Part shown: positions 16,739-24,839 of the stretch, in pieces | Numbering within the stretch: the first letter of the stretch is position 1 | How the letters are laid out: each line of letters begins with the position of its first letter | Assembly (NCBI GenBank): GCA_019420065.1 | Contig: JAHZHX010000001.1 | Coordinates: 16,176-80,175, forward strand | Source of the DNA: Clostridiales bacterium | Lineage (GTDB): Bacteria; Bacillota; Clostridia; Christensenellales; Aristaeellaceae | Length of the DNA stretch: 64,000 bases | Direction of reading: 5' to 3' | Notes under the pieces: model-generated | What the model was told of the DNA's origin: nothing | The model's input: the letters and a program-made list of their open reading frames with translations, nothing else | Databases searched by the model: none | Position numbers and translations under genes: made by a program

Positions 16739-17211
16739 TAATAGAGTGTTTCGCCATCATCAGTCAGCACCGGGGCCAGCAGCGGCAGAGCCAGGACACT
16801 GAAGGATGTGCCGCTGCCGTAACAGAATAATTCTGCTGCGGAAAGCGCGGCAACCACGTCTGCTTTCCCTGGTACGATGGAGACCGGTGCCCAGCGCGTT
16901 ATTTCCCAGGGAATCGGATTGCCCTCGCGCAGTGGGTTTAGGAGCGTTTCAAGGCGGCAGAATTCAATCCGGTCGCTGCTGATCCGGTATAGAACGATTT
17001 CCCCGTGAATGGCTAATTCATCGTTCCATAATCCGCTTCCATAGGTGCTGTTTTGCCAGAGCGTCCAGCCGGGAAAAGCTTCGATCGCGTCCGCGGCCAG
17101 ATACTTTTTGGATACATAGCGCTGAGAAGCGGACTCGGCAAACGACGCACCGCAAACAGCCAAACATATAAGCGTCAGCATGGCGGTGATGGATTTGCGC
17201 AGCGTTTTCAT
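16738..17211 (-). CDS. Hypothetical secreted protein (157 aa)
   Basis: Signal peptide MKTLRKSITAMLTLICLAVCGASFA/ES. No recognisable domain. Confidence 0.6.
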   Translation of the reverse strand: MKTLRKSITAMLTLICLAVCGASFAESASQRYVSKKYLAADAIEAFPGWTLWQNSTYGSGLWNDELAIHGEIVLYRISSDRIEFCRLETLLNPLREGNPIPWEITRWAPVSIVPGKADVVAALSAAELFCYGSGTSFSVLALPLLAPVLTDDGETLY

Positions 17212-17291
17212 AACAGGCTCCTTTCAAATGGCGGTCTATTATAATAACGGGCACAGGGCGCTGAATTATCCTGGATTTCGAATGAAACATG

Positions 17292-17323
17292 AAAAAAATC
17301 CGCTCCCGGAATGGGAAACGGAT
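17292..17323 (-). terminator. Intrinsic terminator of the rplM-rpsI operon
   Basis: On the minus strand, hairpin ATCCGTTTCCCATTCCGGGAGCGGAT followed by TTTTTTT (plus-strand a-run 17292-17298), ~30 nt after the rpsI stop. Confidence 0.5.
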
Positions 17324-17354
17324 CCTTGAAAGCGATATTTGCAGCAGCCGATAA

Positions 17355-17741
17355 TCAGCGCTTGCTGAACTGAGGCGCGCGACGAGCGGCTTTGAGGCCG
17401 TATTTCTTGCGCTCCTTCATGCGAGGATCGCGGGTCAGGAAACCAGCCTTTTTCAGGTCGCCGCGCAGGTCAGGATTGGCCTTGCACAGGGCGCGGCTGA
17501 TGCCGTGACGGATAGCACCGGCCTGACCGGTGAAACCGCCGCCGTTTACGTTTACGATTACGTCATAACCGGACACCTTGGTCAGCGTCAGGGGCTGACG
17601 GACGGTCATCTTCAAGGTTTCGTAGCCGAAATAATTATCAATATCGCGGCTGTTGATGATGATTTTGCCATCACCGGCAACAAGACGAACGCGAGCGACA
17701 GCCTTCTTGCGGCGGCCGACAGCATTGAATTCATTAGCCAT
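17355..17741 (-). CDS. rpsI: 30S ribosomal protein S9
   Basis: [20 protein letters not shown]...[19 protein letters not shown]...[27 protein letters not shown]. Confidence 0.95.
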   Translation of the reverse strand: MANEFNAVGRRKKAVARVRLVAGDGKIIINSRDIDNYFGYETLKMTVRQPLTLTKVSGYDVIVNVNGGGFTGQAGAIRHGISRALCKANPDLRGDLKKAGFLTRDPRMKERKKYGLKAARRAPQFSKR

Positions 17742-17762
17742 GAAAATATTACTCCTTCCGCA

Positions 17763-18197
17763 TTACTTGATGAGTTCGAGGGCTTCGGGCTTCTGAGCGG
17801 CATGCGGATGATTGGCACCGGCATACACAAATAGCTTCTTCGCCATCTGACGGCCCAAGGGTCCCTTGGGAAGCATGCCAACGATGGCGCGGCGCACGGC
17901 AAACTCAGGCTTTTCAGCCATCAGGGCGCGGTACTTGGTTTCTTTCAGACCGCCAACATAGCCGCTGTGATGATAATATACCTTCTGATCCAGCTTTTTA
18001 CCGGTCAGGATCGCCTTGTCGGCGTTAATGATAATCACATAATCGCCCGTATCAACATGAGGGGTGTAGATGGGCTTGGTCTTACCGCGAAGAATATTCG
18101 CAACCTGGCTCGCAACGCGACCCAGCACCATGCCGTCAGCATCAACGACATACCACTTGCGCTCAACGTTCTGCGCATTTGCCATAAAGGTATTCAA
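17763..18197 (-). CDS. rplM: 50S ribosomal protein L13
   Basis: [46 protein letters not shown] start with an AAGGAGGA RBS 8 nt upstream. Confidence 0.95.
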   Translation of the reverse strand: MNTFMANAQNVERKWYVVDADGMVLGRVASQVANILRGKTKPIYTPHVDTGDYVIIINADKAILTGKKLDQKVYYHHSGYVGGLKETKYRALMAEKPEFAVRRAIVGMLPKGPLGRQMAKKLFVYAGANHPHAAQKPEALELIK

Positions 18198-18315
18198 GAG
18201 CAGTTCCTCCTTGACAAAATCAAAACAATATCTGTTTGGTCAGGCATGATGGTCAGCATGCGCAACCGGTGTTCAATAGTTCCCGGGGCTAGCGGAGTCT
18301 ATTGATGCGCCCATT

Positions 18316-18344
18316 ATTATACGCAAAAATGCAAGAAATGTCAA
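18316..18344 (-). promoter_or_regulatory. Sigma-A promoter of rplM-rpsI
   Basis: On the minus strand: TTGACA (18339-18344), 17 nt, TATAAT (18316-18321). This predicts a ~110-nt leader. Confidence 0.55.
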
Positions 18345-18448
18345 TATATTTTTTTGCTTTGTCAGCCGGCGGTCTGCGCGGTTTGAGATGTACGGATGGC
18401 ATAATTTGGGACAATAGGGAAAATTGAAAACTTTTTTCAAAAAACTAC

Positions 18449-18478
18449 TTGACAAGCGCCCGCGGCTTTTGTATAATA
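18449..18478 (+). promoter_or_regulatory. Sigma-A promoter of the tRNA-Gln/tRNA-Glu pair
   Basis: TTGACA (18449-18454), 18 nt, TGTATAAT extended -10 (TATAAT 18473-18478), ~28 nt before the tRNA 5' end. Confidence 0.6.
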
Positions 18479-18506
18479 TCTCTCGCAGTGTTGAGCTGCC
18501 CGGCAT

Positions 18507-18580
18507 TGGGGAATGGTGTAACGGCAGCACCTACGACTCTGACTCGTATTGTCAAGGTTCAAATCCTTGTTCCCCAGCCA
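18507..18580 (+). tRNA. tRNA-Gln (anticodon CUG)
   Basis: Hand-folded cloverleaf. Acceptor TGGGGAA/TTCCCCA (U1-A72, typical of bacterial tRNA-Gln), anticodon stem TACGA/TCGTA with loop CTCTGAC, T-arm CAAGG-TTCAAAT-CCTTG, encoded CCA. Confidence 0.85.
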
Positions 18581-18583
18581 TTT

Positions 18584-18659
18584 GCCTCCGTTGTGTAGTG
18601 GCCTAGCACGCGGCCCTCTCAAGGCTGAAACACCGGTTCGAATCCGGTCGGAGGTGCCA
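18584..18659 (+). tRNA. tRNA-Glu (anticodon CUC)
   Basis: Acceptor GCCTCCG/CGGAGGT, D-loop AGTGGCCTA (Glu-like), anticodon stem CGGCC/GGCTG with loop CTCTCAA, 4-nt variable loop (Glu-like), T-arm ACCGG-TTCGAAT-CCGGT, encoded CCA. Position 1-72 is a G-U pair. Confidence 0.8.
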
Positions 18660-18661
18660 TG

Positions 18662-18697
18662 AAGAATGGATCAGTTGTGATTCATTCTTTTTTTGTT
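18662..18697 (+). terminator. Intrinsic terminator after the tRNA pair
   Basis: AAGAATG...CATTCTT stem followed by TTTTTGTT. Confidence 0.55.
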
Positions 18698-18757
18698 GCT
18701 TTTGGGTGCCAACATAAATGCGCCAGCGTTTGATATGCGCGCTGGCGCAGACTGGAT

Positions 18758-19567
18758 TTATTCGCATTCCGGAGCTGCGACAAGATCATAGAGGCTTGGA
18801 AGAAGCTGACGGGAGGTAAGGAGCATATCCAGGTTCAGATATTCCTTGATATTTTCAAGCACATCGTTCACGCGCTTGTCCGCCCGCTCTGCCAATAATG
18901 CATCCGGCATGGTTTCTCCCATGCGCTGGCAGGCTACCAGCCGGATATGCCGCGGCGTTAATACCGCTACCATATAATAAAGATTTTCGTAATAGCGGCC
19001 AAAGAAATTTACGCGCAGCGCGTTTTCAAGACGTTCGCTGCCATAATGCCATTGGGAACTGAGATAAACCTCGCCCTGCGGCAAATCAAAATCGTACATG
19101 ATACAGGCGCTGTCGGCCGAAATGGAGGAACGCAGCAGCGGAAGACGGCCGCGCAGCACATTGTCGTCGGTGATTTCGCCAACCAGCAGCTTGTGAAACA
19201 GCTCGTCGCGCAGCATGTCAAAGAGCGTTTCCGGATCAATTTCTTCATCAGAAATGTCCATGTGCAGGCGGTTGAGAACAGCGCGAACATCTTCCAGACT
19301 CTTGATCTGCTCCTGAAGATTCTGCCGAAGTTCAAAGAGCGGGAGACTGGGGCGGAAGTTATTCAAATAGATACTGAGCGTGCGGGCCTCGTCGGTTGTG
19401 AGCATATACGCTGCGCAATCGACGCGTTTGCTTTCCATCAGCGTAATTGCCTCGTCCGCCGTAGAAGCAATAAAGGGCGGGCGAAAATGCATTTCCTGCC
19501 AGTTGATGCGTGATTTCAACTTACTCTGCATGTCGGGATCGTTGACTGCAATCAAAACCTGATACAT
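18758..19567 (-). CDS. Hypothetical protein with a degenerate response-regulator receiver-like N-terminus
   Basis: MYQVLIAVNDPDM...ASTADEAITLMESKRVDCAAYML... follows the beta-alpha rhythm of a REC domain, but the position expected for the phospho-acceptor Asp is not acidic. I see no recognisable output HTH. GGAGG RBS before the ATG at 19567. Confidence 0.65.
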   Translation of the reverse strand: MYQVLIAVNDPDMQSKLKSRINWQEMHFRPPFIASTADEAITLMESKRVDCAAYMLTTDEARTLSIYLNNFRPSLPLFELRQNLQEQIKSLEDVRAVLNRLHMDISDEEIDPETLFDMLRDELFHKLLVGEITDDNVLRGRLPLLRSSISADSACIMYDFDLPQGEVYLSSQWHYGSERLENALRVNFFGRYYENLYYMVAVLTPRHIRLVACQRMGETMPDALLAERADKRVNDVLENIKEYLNLDMLLTSRQLLPSLYDLVAAPECE

Positions 19568-19698
19568 TCTTATTACCTCCACGCAGGGGCGACCTGCCAG
19601 CCTATTATACATGAAATATAATTTTTGTGCAATCCTTTTGTAAAAAGGAGATAAACAGAGCGGACGGCGCATAGGATAAAGCAAGGAGGCGAGGAAAA

Positions 19699-19986
19699 AT
19701 GGCAAAGCAGGCTGCGGGAAGCGAGGCAGCTCGCCCGCATACGGTAACGATTGACAGCCGCGCGTCTATGGGCTTAACAGGCGTGCGTGAAGTGCTGGCA
19801 TTTGACGAAAAGCAAATATCGCTGCAAACCGAAGGGGGAGAAATGACTGTCAGCGGCGAAGGACTGCATATAACGGCGCTGTTATTGGAGGAAGGGCGCG
19901 TTTCCCTGGAGGGGCAGATCGATTCGATTGCGTACGCCAATCGCAATCCGCGTTCCCGCAAGGGTTTGCGCTCTTTGCTTAAATAG
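19699..19986 (+). CDS. yabP: Sporulation protein YabP
   Basis: PHTVTIDSRASMGLTGVREVLAFDEKQISLQTEGGEMTVSGEGLHITALLLEEGRVSLEGQIDSIAY matches the YabP pattern. AAGGAGG RBS. Confidence 0.85.
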   Translation: MAKQAAGSEAARPHTVTIDSRASMGLTGVREVLAFDEKQISLQTEGGEMTVSGEGLHITALLLEEGRVSLEGQIDSIAYANRNPRSRKGLRSLLK

Positions 19987-19988
19987 CC

Positions 19989-20321
19989 GTGCCGATGCGC
20001 GAAACGGCCTTTCAGGCCTATACCTTTTTGGCCTTTTGCTATGTCGGCGCGCTTTCCGCACTGCTGTATGATTTGTTGCTGCCATGCCTGCGGGTGGGAA
20101 AAGGCATTTTTCATATGCTCCTGGATCTGTTTTTGTGCGCGGCGACGGCATTCGGCTGCTTTCTGGCACTGGCGGTAACGCGCTGCGGAGAGCTGCGGGG
20201 TTATATGCTGCTTTCGCTTGTCCTGGGCGCGGCGGTTTACCGCATGGGCGTGCGGCGGATATTTGCCGGCGTCATAAAATTCTTTCATCGTAACAGGAAA
20301 AAGGCAAAAGACGGCGAATAG
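19989..20321 (+). CDS. yabQ: Spore cortex biosynthesis protein YabQ (probable)
   Basis: Small, very hydrophobic three-TM protein immediately after yabP, in the conserved yabP-yabQ-divIC order. The start may instead be the ATG at 19995. Confidence 0.65.
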   Translation: MPMRETAFQAYTFLAFCYVGALSALLYDLLLPCLRVGKGIFHMLLDLFLCAATAFGCFLALAVTRCGELRGYMLLSLVLGAAVYRMGVRRIFAGVIKFFHRNRKKAKDGE

Positions 20322-20352
20322 ATGCATATCATCTATTTGCTGGAGGGTGTCC

Positions 20353-20727
20353 ATGTTCAAGTCCGTTCCGGGAAGCAGGATCGAACGCCTGATGTCTCTG
20401 CGCGTTCGGCCGCTTGTGGTTGTGTGCGTGCTCTTTGTGGTTGTTGCCATTGGCTCCATGCTGGTTGGAAGCATGCGCGATGACGCGCAGATCTTGGCAG
20501 ACCGCATGGCGGATATACGTATTGCCCGAGACAGCGTGCTCAAAGAACGCAATCAGCTGAGCAGCGAACTTCAAGTAGCGAATACGGATGATTACATCAT
20601 GGCCAAGGCCAGGCAGCTTTATGGGTATATGATGCCTGGCGAACTGCTGTTTGTCGTCAAAAATCCCGAGGCGCTGTATGGCAATGGCGATGAAGTGCAA
20701 ATGTACGTCCTGGAGGAAAACGAATGA
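20353..20727 (+). CDS. divIC: Septum formation initiator family protein (DivIC/FtsB)
   Basis: TM helix, then a leucine-zipper-like coil (ADRMADIRIARDSVLKERNQLSSELQ) and a DDYIMAKARQLYGYMMPGE tail typical of DivIC/FtsB. GGAGGG RBS 5 nt before the ATG at 20353. Confidence 0.75.
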   Translation: MFKSVPGSRIERLMSLRVRPLVVVCVLFVVVAIGSMLVGSMRDDAQILADRMADIRIARDSVLKERNQLSSELQVANTDDYIMAKARQLYGYMMPGELLFVVKNPEALYGNGDEVQMYVLEENE

Positions 20728-21608
20728 AGCGTATCGCCGTGATCGTGATCGGTTCCAATTCTACGCGAATGCTTTCGGCTGATGCGCAAACGCTTTTGCA
20801 GCCTGTGCGCAGGCGGATTGAAACGCGCCTTTTTCTGCATATGGAAAAGGGCGCGTTTTCTGCGCAGGCGGTGAATGAATTGTGCGAGGGAATTGCCGCG
20901 CTGCAGCGGGCGGCGCAGGAAGAGGGGGCGCAGGTTGCGGCGCTGTGCGCAACCAGCGCCGTGCGCGACGCCGCCAACGCGCCGTTGCTTGCCAGTGAGC
21001 TTGAGAAAAAGTGCGGCTTGCTGCTGCGGATCATTGACGGACAGGAGGAGGCGGCGCTCTCCTTTTATGGCGTCTCCGGCGAGGAAAGCTGCGGTATGAT
21101 TGATATTGGCGGCGGTTCGACCGAAATAGCAATCGGCCAGGGTATGCGGATCGCATGCGCGGTTTCCTTGCAGCTTGGAGCTTCACGGCTTTTCCGCATA
21201 CAGCCGATCAACGAAACGGCGCAGCTTGCGCCTGCTTTGGCGGCAGCGCGGAAAATTGCGCAGCAAACGCCGGCAAGGCTGCGTGAAAGCGCGCAAGGTC
21301 TGCGCTTTTATTTGGTCGGCGGTACGGGTACGGCTGCGGCGCATATGCTGTATCCTGAGCGAAGCGTGGAGGGATGCACGCTTTGCCGGCAGGAAATTGA
21401 TTCTCTGCTTGAGCGCATTGCGTCAACGCCGCGCAGCCTGCGGACGGCGCTGACGGGCTTTCCCGCCTCGCGTCTGGACATTTTTCCAACAGGTCTGGCG
21501 ACGCTTCTGGCCGTGATGGATACGCTGAATATCGGGGAAGTTACGGTATCGCAAAAGGGAAATGCAGACGGATTGCTGCGCGACATTGTTCACAAAAAAT
21601 TTGCTTGA
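20724..21608 (+). CDS. Ppx/GppA family phosphatase
   Basis: IAVIVIGSNSTRML...IDGQEEAALSFYGV...MIDIGGGSTEIA are the ASKHA-fold phosphate motifs of the Ppx/GppA family. Confidence 0.85.
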   Translation: MKRIAVIVIGSNSTRMLSADAQTLLQPVRRRIETRLFLHMEKGAFSAQAVNELCEGIAALQRAAQEEGAQVAALCATSAVRDAANAPLLASELEKKCGLLLRIIDGQEEAALSFYGVSGEESCGMIDIGGGSTEIAIGQGMRIACAVSLQLGASRLFRIQPINETAQLAPALAAARKIAQQTPARLRESAQGLRFYLVGGTGTAAAHMLYPERSVEGCTLCRQEIDSLLERIASTPRSLRTALTGFPASRLDIFPTGLATLLAVMDTLNIGEVTVSQKGNADGLLRDIVHKKFA

Positions 21609-21673
21609 TATATCTGTAAATTTTTTGTATAATTGATATGAAAAAAACACAAGATGGGGGAGCGCATTCTATC

Positions 21674-22810
21674 ATGTTTAAAAAGAAAGCTTTATTCGCA
21701 ATGCTGCTGGCGGCGGTGATGCTGCTGTCCGGCTGTTCTCTGGTGATGCGTGACAGCGAGGTGGACGCCTTGCAGACGATTATCGATGTGAACGGCGTCA
21801 AGGTTGACAAGGCAACCTTTATGAGCGCGTATAACTATAACCTTTACATGCAGCAATACTATGCGCAGATGATGGCGCAGTTTGGCTTGTCTGGCAGTGA
21901 GGTGAACGAGGCTGAAGTGCGTCAGAACACGGTTGATTCCTACATCAGCGGCTTAGTGCAGAATCAAAAGGCTGAGGAACTGGGCTTCAAGACGTTTACT
22001 GATGCGGAACGCGCTGAAATTGAGGCGGAAGCGCAGCAGGAGTATGATAACCAGCTGGCCAATATCAAAGAAAACGACTTTGCCGAAACCGATCTGGAAG
22101 GCGAAGCGCTGGAGGCCGCTGTTGCCGCGCATGCGCAGGAGCTTGGCTATACCCTGGAAAGCATTCGTGACAATGTGGAAAATGAAAAAATCAGCAACCG
22201 GCTGACCACGTCCGTGACCGATCAGGTAACGGTGGATGACGAGGATCTCCAGGCTGCGCTGGACGCCAAGATTGAAAGCGATAAGGCGAGCTGCGAGACG
22301 AATCTGGGCGCTTATGGCACGAAAGCCAACGCGGGTACTGTGACTTACTACACGCCCGCGGGCTATCGTTCCATGCGGATGATTTCGCTGCCCAAAGCGG
22401 CTGCTGACAACGCCGATGCTGAGCAGGAAGCGGCCAATGCTGAGGCGAAGGCCAAGGCCGAAGAGCTGTTGGCCCGTCTTGACGCCGGCGAGTCTTTTGA
22501 CGCGCTGGGCGAGGAAGCGGACAGCCGCGTTGTGTGCGAGTCCAGCACCGACGTGAACAGCGCTGTGGTTGCCGCTGTTATGGCGCTGACCGAAAAAGGC
22601 ACGCACACCGACGTGATCGAAACCGAAAATGCCTATGTGCTGGCTGAATATGTGGATGACGTTGCGGAGCATACGGCTACGCTTGCGGAAATGCGCGACG
22701 CCATTTATAACGAAACTTTGGAAAATGCGAAGAATGCGGCATATGATGCGGCGCTGAAGGAATGGATTGCCGCAGCGGACGTAAAGGTCTATCTGGATCG
22801 TCTGGATTGA
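21674..22810 (+). CDS. SurA N-terminal domain / PrsA-like foldase lipoprotein
   Basis: Lipobox LLSGC after a signal sequence. Long helical chaperone-like region (NYNLYMQQYYAQMM..., QNQKAEELGF). I could not recognise a clear parvulin core by eye. Confidence 0.7.
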   Translation: MFKKKALFAMLLAAVMLLSGCSLVMRDSEVDALQTIIDVNGVKVDKATFMSAYNYNLYMQQYYAQMMAQFGLSGSEVNEAEVRQNTVDSYISGLVQNQKAEELGFKTFTDAERAEIEAEAQQEYDNQLANIKENDFAETDLEGEALEAAVAAHAQELGYTLESIRDNVENEKISNRLTTSVTDQVTVDDEDLQAALDAKIESDKASCETNLGAYGTKANAGTVTYYTPAGYRSMRMISLPKAAADNADAEQEAANAEAKAKAEELLARLDAGESFDALGEEADSRVVCESSTDVNSAVVAAVMALTEKGTHTDVIETENAYVLAEYVDDVAEHTATLAEMRDAIYNETLENAKNAAYDAALKEWIAAADVKVYLDRLD

Positions 22811-22845
22811 TAAAAGCATATTACGAAAGTTAAGCAACAAAATCC

Positions 22846-22895
22846 CCGCCAGAGGACATGCATGCCTCTCGGCGGGGATTTTGTTAAATAAGGTC
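22846..22895. terminator. Bidirectional intrinsic terminator between convergent genes
   Basis: AACAAAATCCCCGCC...GGCGGGGATTTTGTT is a 15-bp outer stem flanked by A- and T-tracts on both sides. Confidence 0.6.
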
Positions 22896-22897
22896 TG

Positions 22898-24205
22898 TTA
22901 TCTTCGCAGCCCTTTGGGATAATGGTTTTTCATTTGGCCGTTTGACGCTTTGCCAAATCCCAACTGATAGCCGTTCAGCGTAAGCGCAAAAAAGGAACGC
23001 AGCTGCTCGGAGCAGGCCAACGCTTCGCCATGCAGGTAGTCGGCTGCCTGCGCTTCATCCAGCGCATACTGGCGCTGCATGGGAACGGCCAGCGCCAGGG
23101 CATGATCGGGCATAAACACCCGACCGCGCATTTCTCCAAGATGCAAACCAAGGCGAAGCACGCGCAGCTTGTCCAGCGGCGGTAATGCCAGGGGCGCATG
23201 GATCAGGCGGTTGGCAAAGACGGCATTTGCCGTAACTTCAGCGGGCAAGCCTGTTTCGGCGGAAAAAGCGGAAAACGCTGCCTGCGCGAGCTTGTCAGGC
23301 GGTGGGAGGGGGGCCGGAAACGGCTGCTCGTTGACGAAGGAGCCGTCCTTTTCCAAAAGAGCGACGAAGTGGCCTTCGCCTTTGATTTTATGCGGCCAAA
23401 GACGCAGCAGACCCTCAGGGGCCGCAGGCAATCCTTCAAGCGCAAAAGGTATGAGATGAAAGTCTGGAAAATCGTGCAGGAAGGCATGAATGACGCCCTC
23501 GTTTTCGCTCCTGTTGAATGTGCAGGTGCTGTATACCATCCGCCCGCCCGGACGAAGCATTTGCGCGGCGGCATGAAGAATCAGGCGCTGGCGCTCGGCG
23601 CATTTTACCGGCGAGGCGGCAGTCCATTCCTGCATTGTTTCCGGATGGCGCCGGAACATGCCTTCGCCGGAGCAGGGCGCGTCTACCAGAATTTTGTCAA
23701 AAAAATGCGGCCACTTTGCTGCCAGCGCATCCGGATAGGCGCAGGTGACGACGGCGTTGCCGATCCCCATACGTTCAATGTTGCGGGACAGAATTTGCGC
23801 GCGGGAGGGAATGGGCTCGTTGGCAACCAACAGCGAGAGCCTGGCGCAAGCCGCCAGCTGCGTACTTTTGCCTCCGGGCGCGGCGCAAAGATCGAGAACG
23901 CGATCGCCATCCCGCGGAGCGAGAGCGGCCGCGGCGGCCATGGCTGAAGGCTCCTGGATATAATAGGCGCCAGCTTCATGAAGGGGCTGCGTGCCTGCTT
24001 TGGAATCGGCAGCGAGAAAAAAAGCGTTGTTTGCATAGGGAACGGCGCCGCAAAGCTCTGCGGCGGGCAAGGGACGGCGCTCGTCGCGGAAACGCAGCGC
24101 GCGGTATGAAGGCTGTGAATAGGACGCAAGAAATGCATCTGTTTCCGTGCCGAGAAGCAGATGCATTTGTTCTATAAAAGATGAAGGAAGCGAAAGATCA
24201 TTCAT
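22898..24205 (-). CDS. RsmB/RsmF-family rRNA cytosine-C5 methyltransferase
   Basis: YIQEPSAM...VLDLCAAPGGKSTQLA...LVANE...ILVDAPCSGEGMFRR...YSTCTF carries both catalytic Cys motifs, followed by a PUA-like C-terminal region. Confidence 0.85.
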   Translation of the reverse strand: MNDLSLPSSFIEQMHLLLGTETDAFLASYSQPSYRALRFRDERRPLPAAELCGAVPYANNAFFLAADSKAGTQPLHEAGAYYIQEPSAMAAAAALAPRDGDRVLDLCAAPGGKSTQLAACARLSLLVANEPIPSRAQILSRNIERMGIGNAVVTCAYPDALAAKWPHFFDKILVDAPCSGEGMFRRHPETMQEWTAASPVKCAERQRLILHAAAQMLRPGGRMVYSTCTFNRSENEGVIHAFLHDFPDFHLIPFALEGLPAAPEGLLRLWPHKIKGEGHFVALLEKDGSFVNEQPFPAPLPPPDKLAQAAFSAFSAETGLPAEVTANAVFANRLIHAPLALPPLDKLRVLRLGLHLGEMRGRVFMPDHALALAVPMQRQYALDEAQAADYLHGEALACSEQLRSFFALTLNGYQLGFGKASNGQMKNHYPKGLRR

Positions 24206-24827
24206 ATATTTTTCTGATGTCCTCATTCGTATCCGGGATGCCGGCGGATTGTCCGCGGGGCGGCATGGCGGGATAAACGGTTTCATGGAAGGCACTGTGA
24301 TCTTGAAGCTGCGCTGCGGCTGCTTCGCTGGCAGCGTGCAGCTGCATGCTGCGCCTCATACGCCTTCCATAACGGGCGCTGCGGCGGTTGCGCTGCGTTT
24401 GAGAGGCGGCGCCCGAAGCGTCGTCCGCAGCGTTTACCGGCTTGGCATAATACTGCTCCAGACGGTCGGAAAGGGATACGTCACCGCTTTGCAGATCCTG
24501 GATGGGGGTGTCGGTAAAATTGAAGCCGGACAGTGCGTCGGTATAGCCCGCTTCGAAATCAGGTTCGCTGTCGTTTGGCTCCCTATGGTGAAAAAGATGC
24601 TGCAAGCGCGTTCGCCACACATATTGCGGCCGCCAGCGAATGATATAAACAACGGCGTCGATTGTAAGGCCGGAGAGCAGTAAAACGGCTGTCAGCGGTA
24701 GCCAGCGGGATTGCAGCCAGGTAAGAATGCCCGCGCCGCTGCCGTTAAAAAGCGAAAGAATGTCGCTGAAAAGCGCGCGCATCCAGCTTAGCAGCAGCGT
24801 AAGCAGCGAGTCTGCGAGACGGTTCAT
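24198..24827 (-). CDS. Hypothetical membrane protein
   Basis: Two TM segments (LLTLLLSWMRALF, WLPLTAVLLLSGLTIDAVVYII) followed by a low-complexity acidic/basic tail. The stop overlaps the rsmF-like start by 8 nt. Confidence 0.6.
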   Translation of the reverse strand: MNRLADSLLTLLLSWMRALFSDILSLFNGSGAGILTWLQSRWLPLTAVLLLSGLTIDAVVYIIRWRPQYVWRTRLQHLFHHREPNDSEPDFEAGYTDALSGFNFTDTPIQDLQSGDVSLSDRLEQYYAKPVNAADDASGAASQTQRNRRSARYGRRMRRSMQLHAASEAAAAQLQDHSAFHETVYPAMPPRGQSAGIPDTNEDIRKIYE

Positions 24828-24839
24828 GCTTCTCCTCCG

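Noticed and set aside
16736-16740. The idea that the 157-aa and 290-aa ORFs are one gene split by a stop codon or read-through.
   Set aside because: The downstream ATG is in a different frame (TAATG overlap), so simple read-through cannot join them. Two translationally coupled genes is the simpler reading.
18424-18622. 60-61-aa ORFs overlapping the tRNA region.
   Set aside because: They overlap two well-folded tRNAs and their promoter. They have no RBS.
19651-19677. SigE-like promoter (ATA-16 nt-CATAGGAT) upstream of yabP, which is SigE-dependent in B. subtilis.
   Set aside because: The geometry is poor: the predicted +1 would fall on or inside the AAGGAGG RBS at 19683-19689. The match is also partial, so I do not report it as a feature.
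19605-20552. 315-aa minus-strand ORF spanning the yabP/yabQ/divIC region.
   Set aside because: It is antisense to three well-supported plus-strand genes with RBSs. The translation is Arg/Ser/Ala-rich with no domain.
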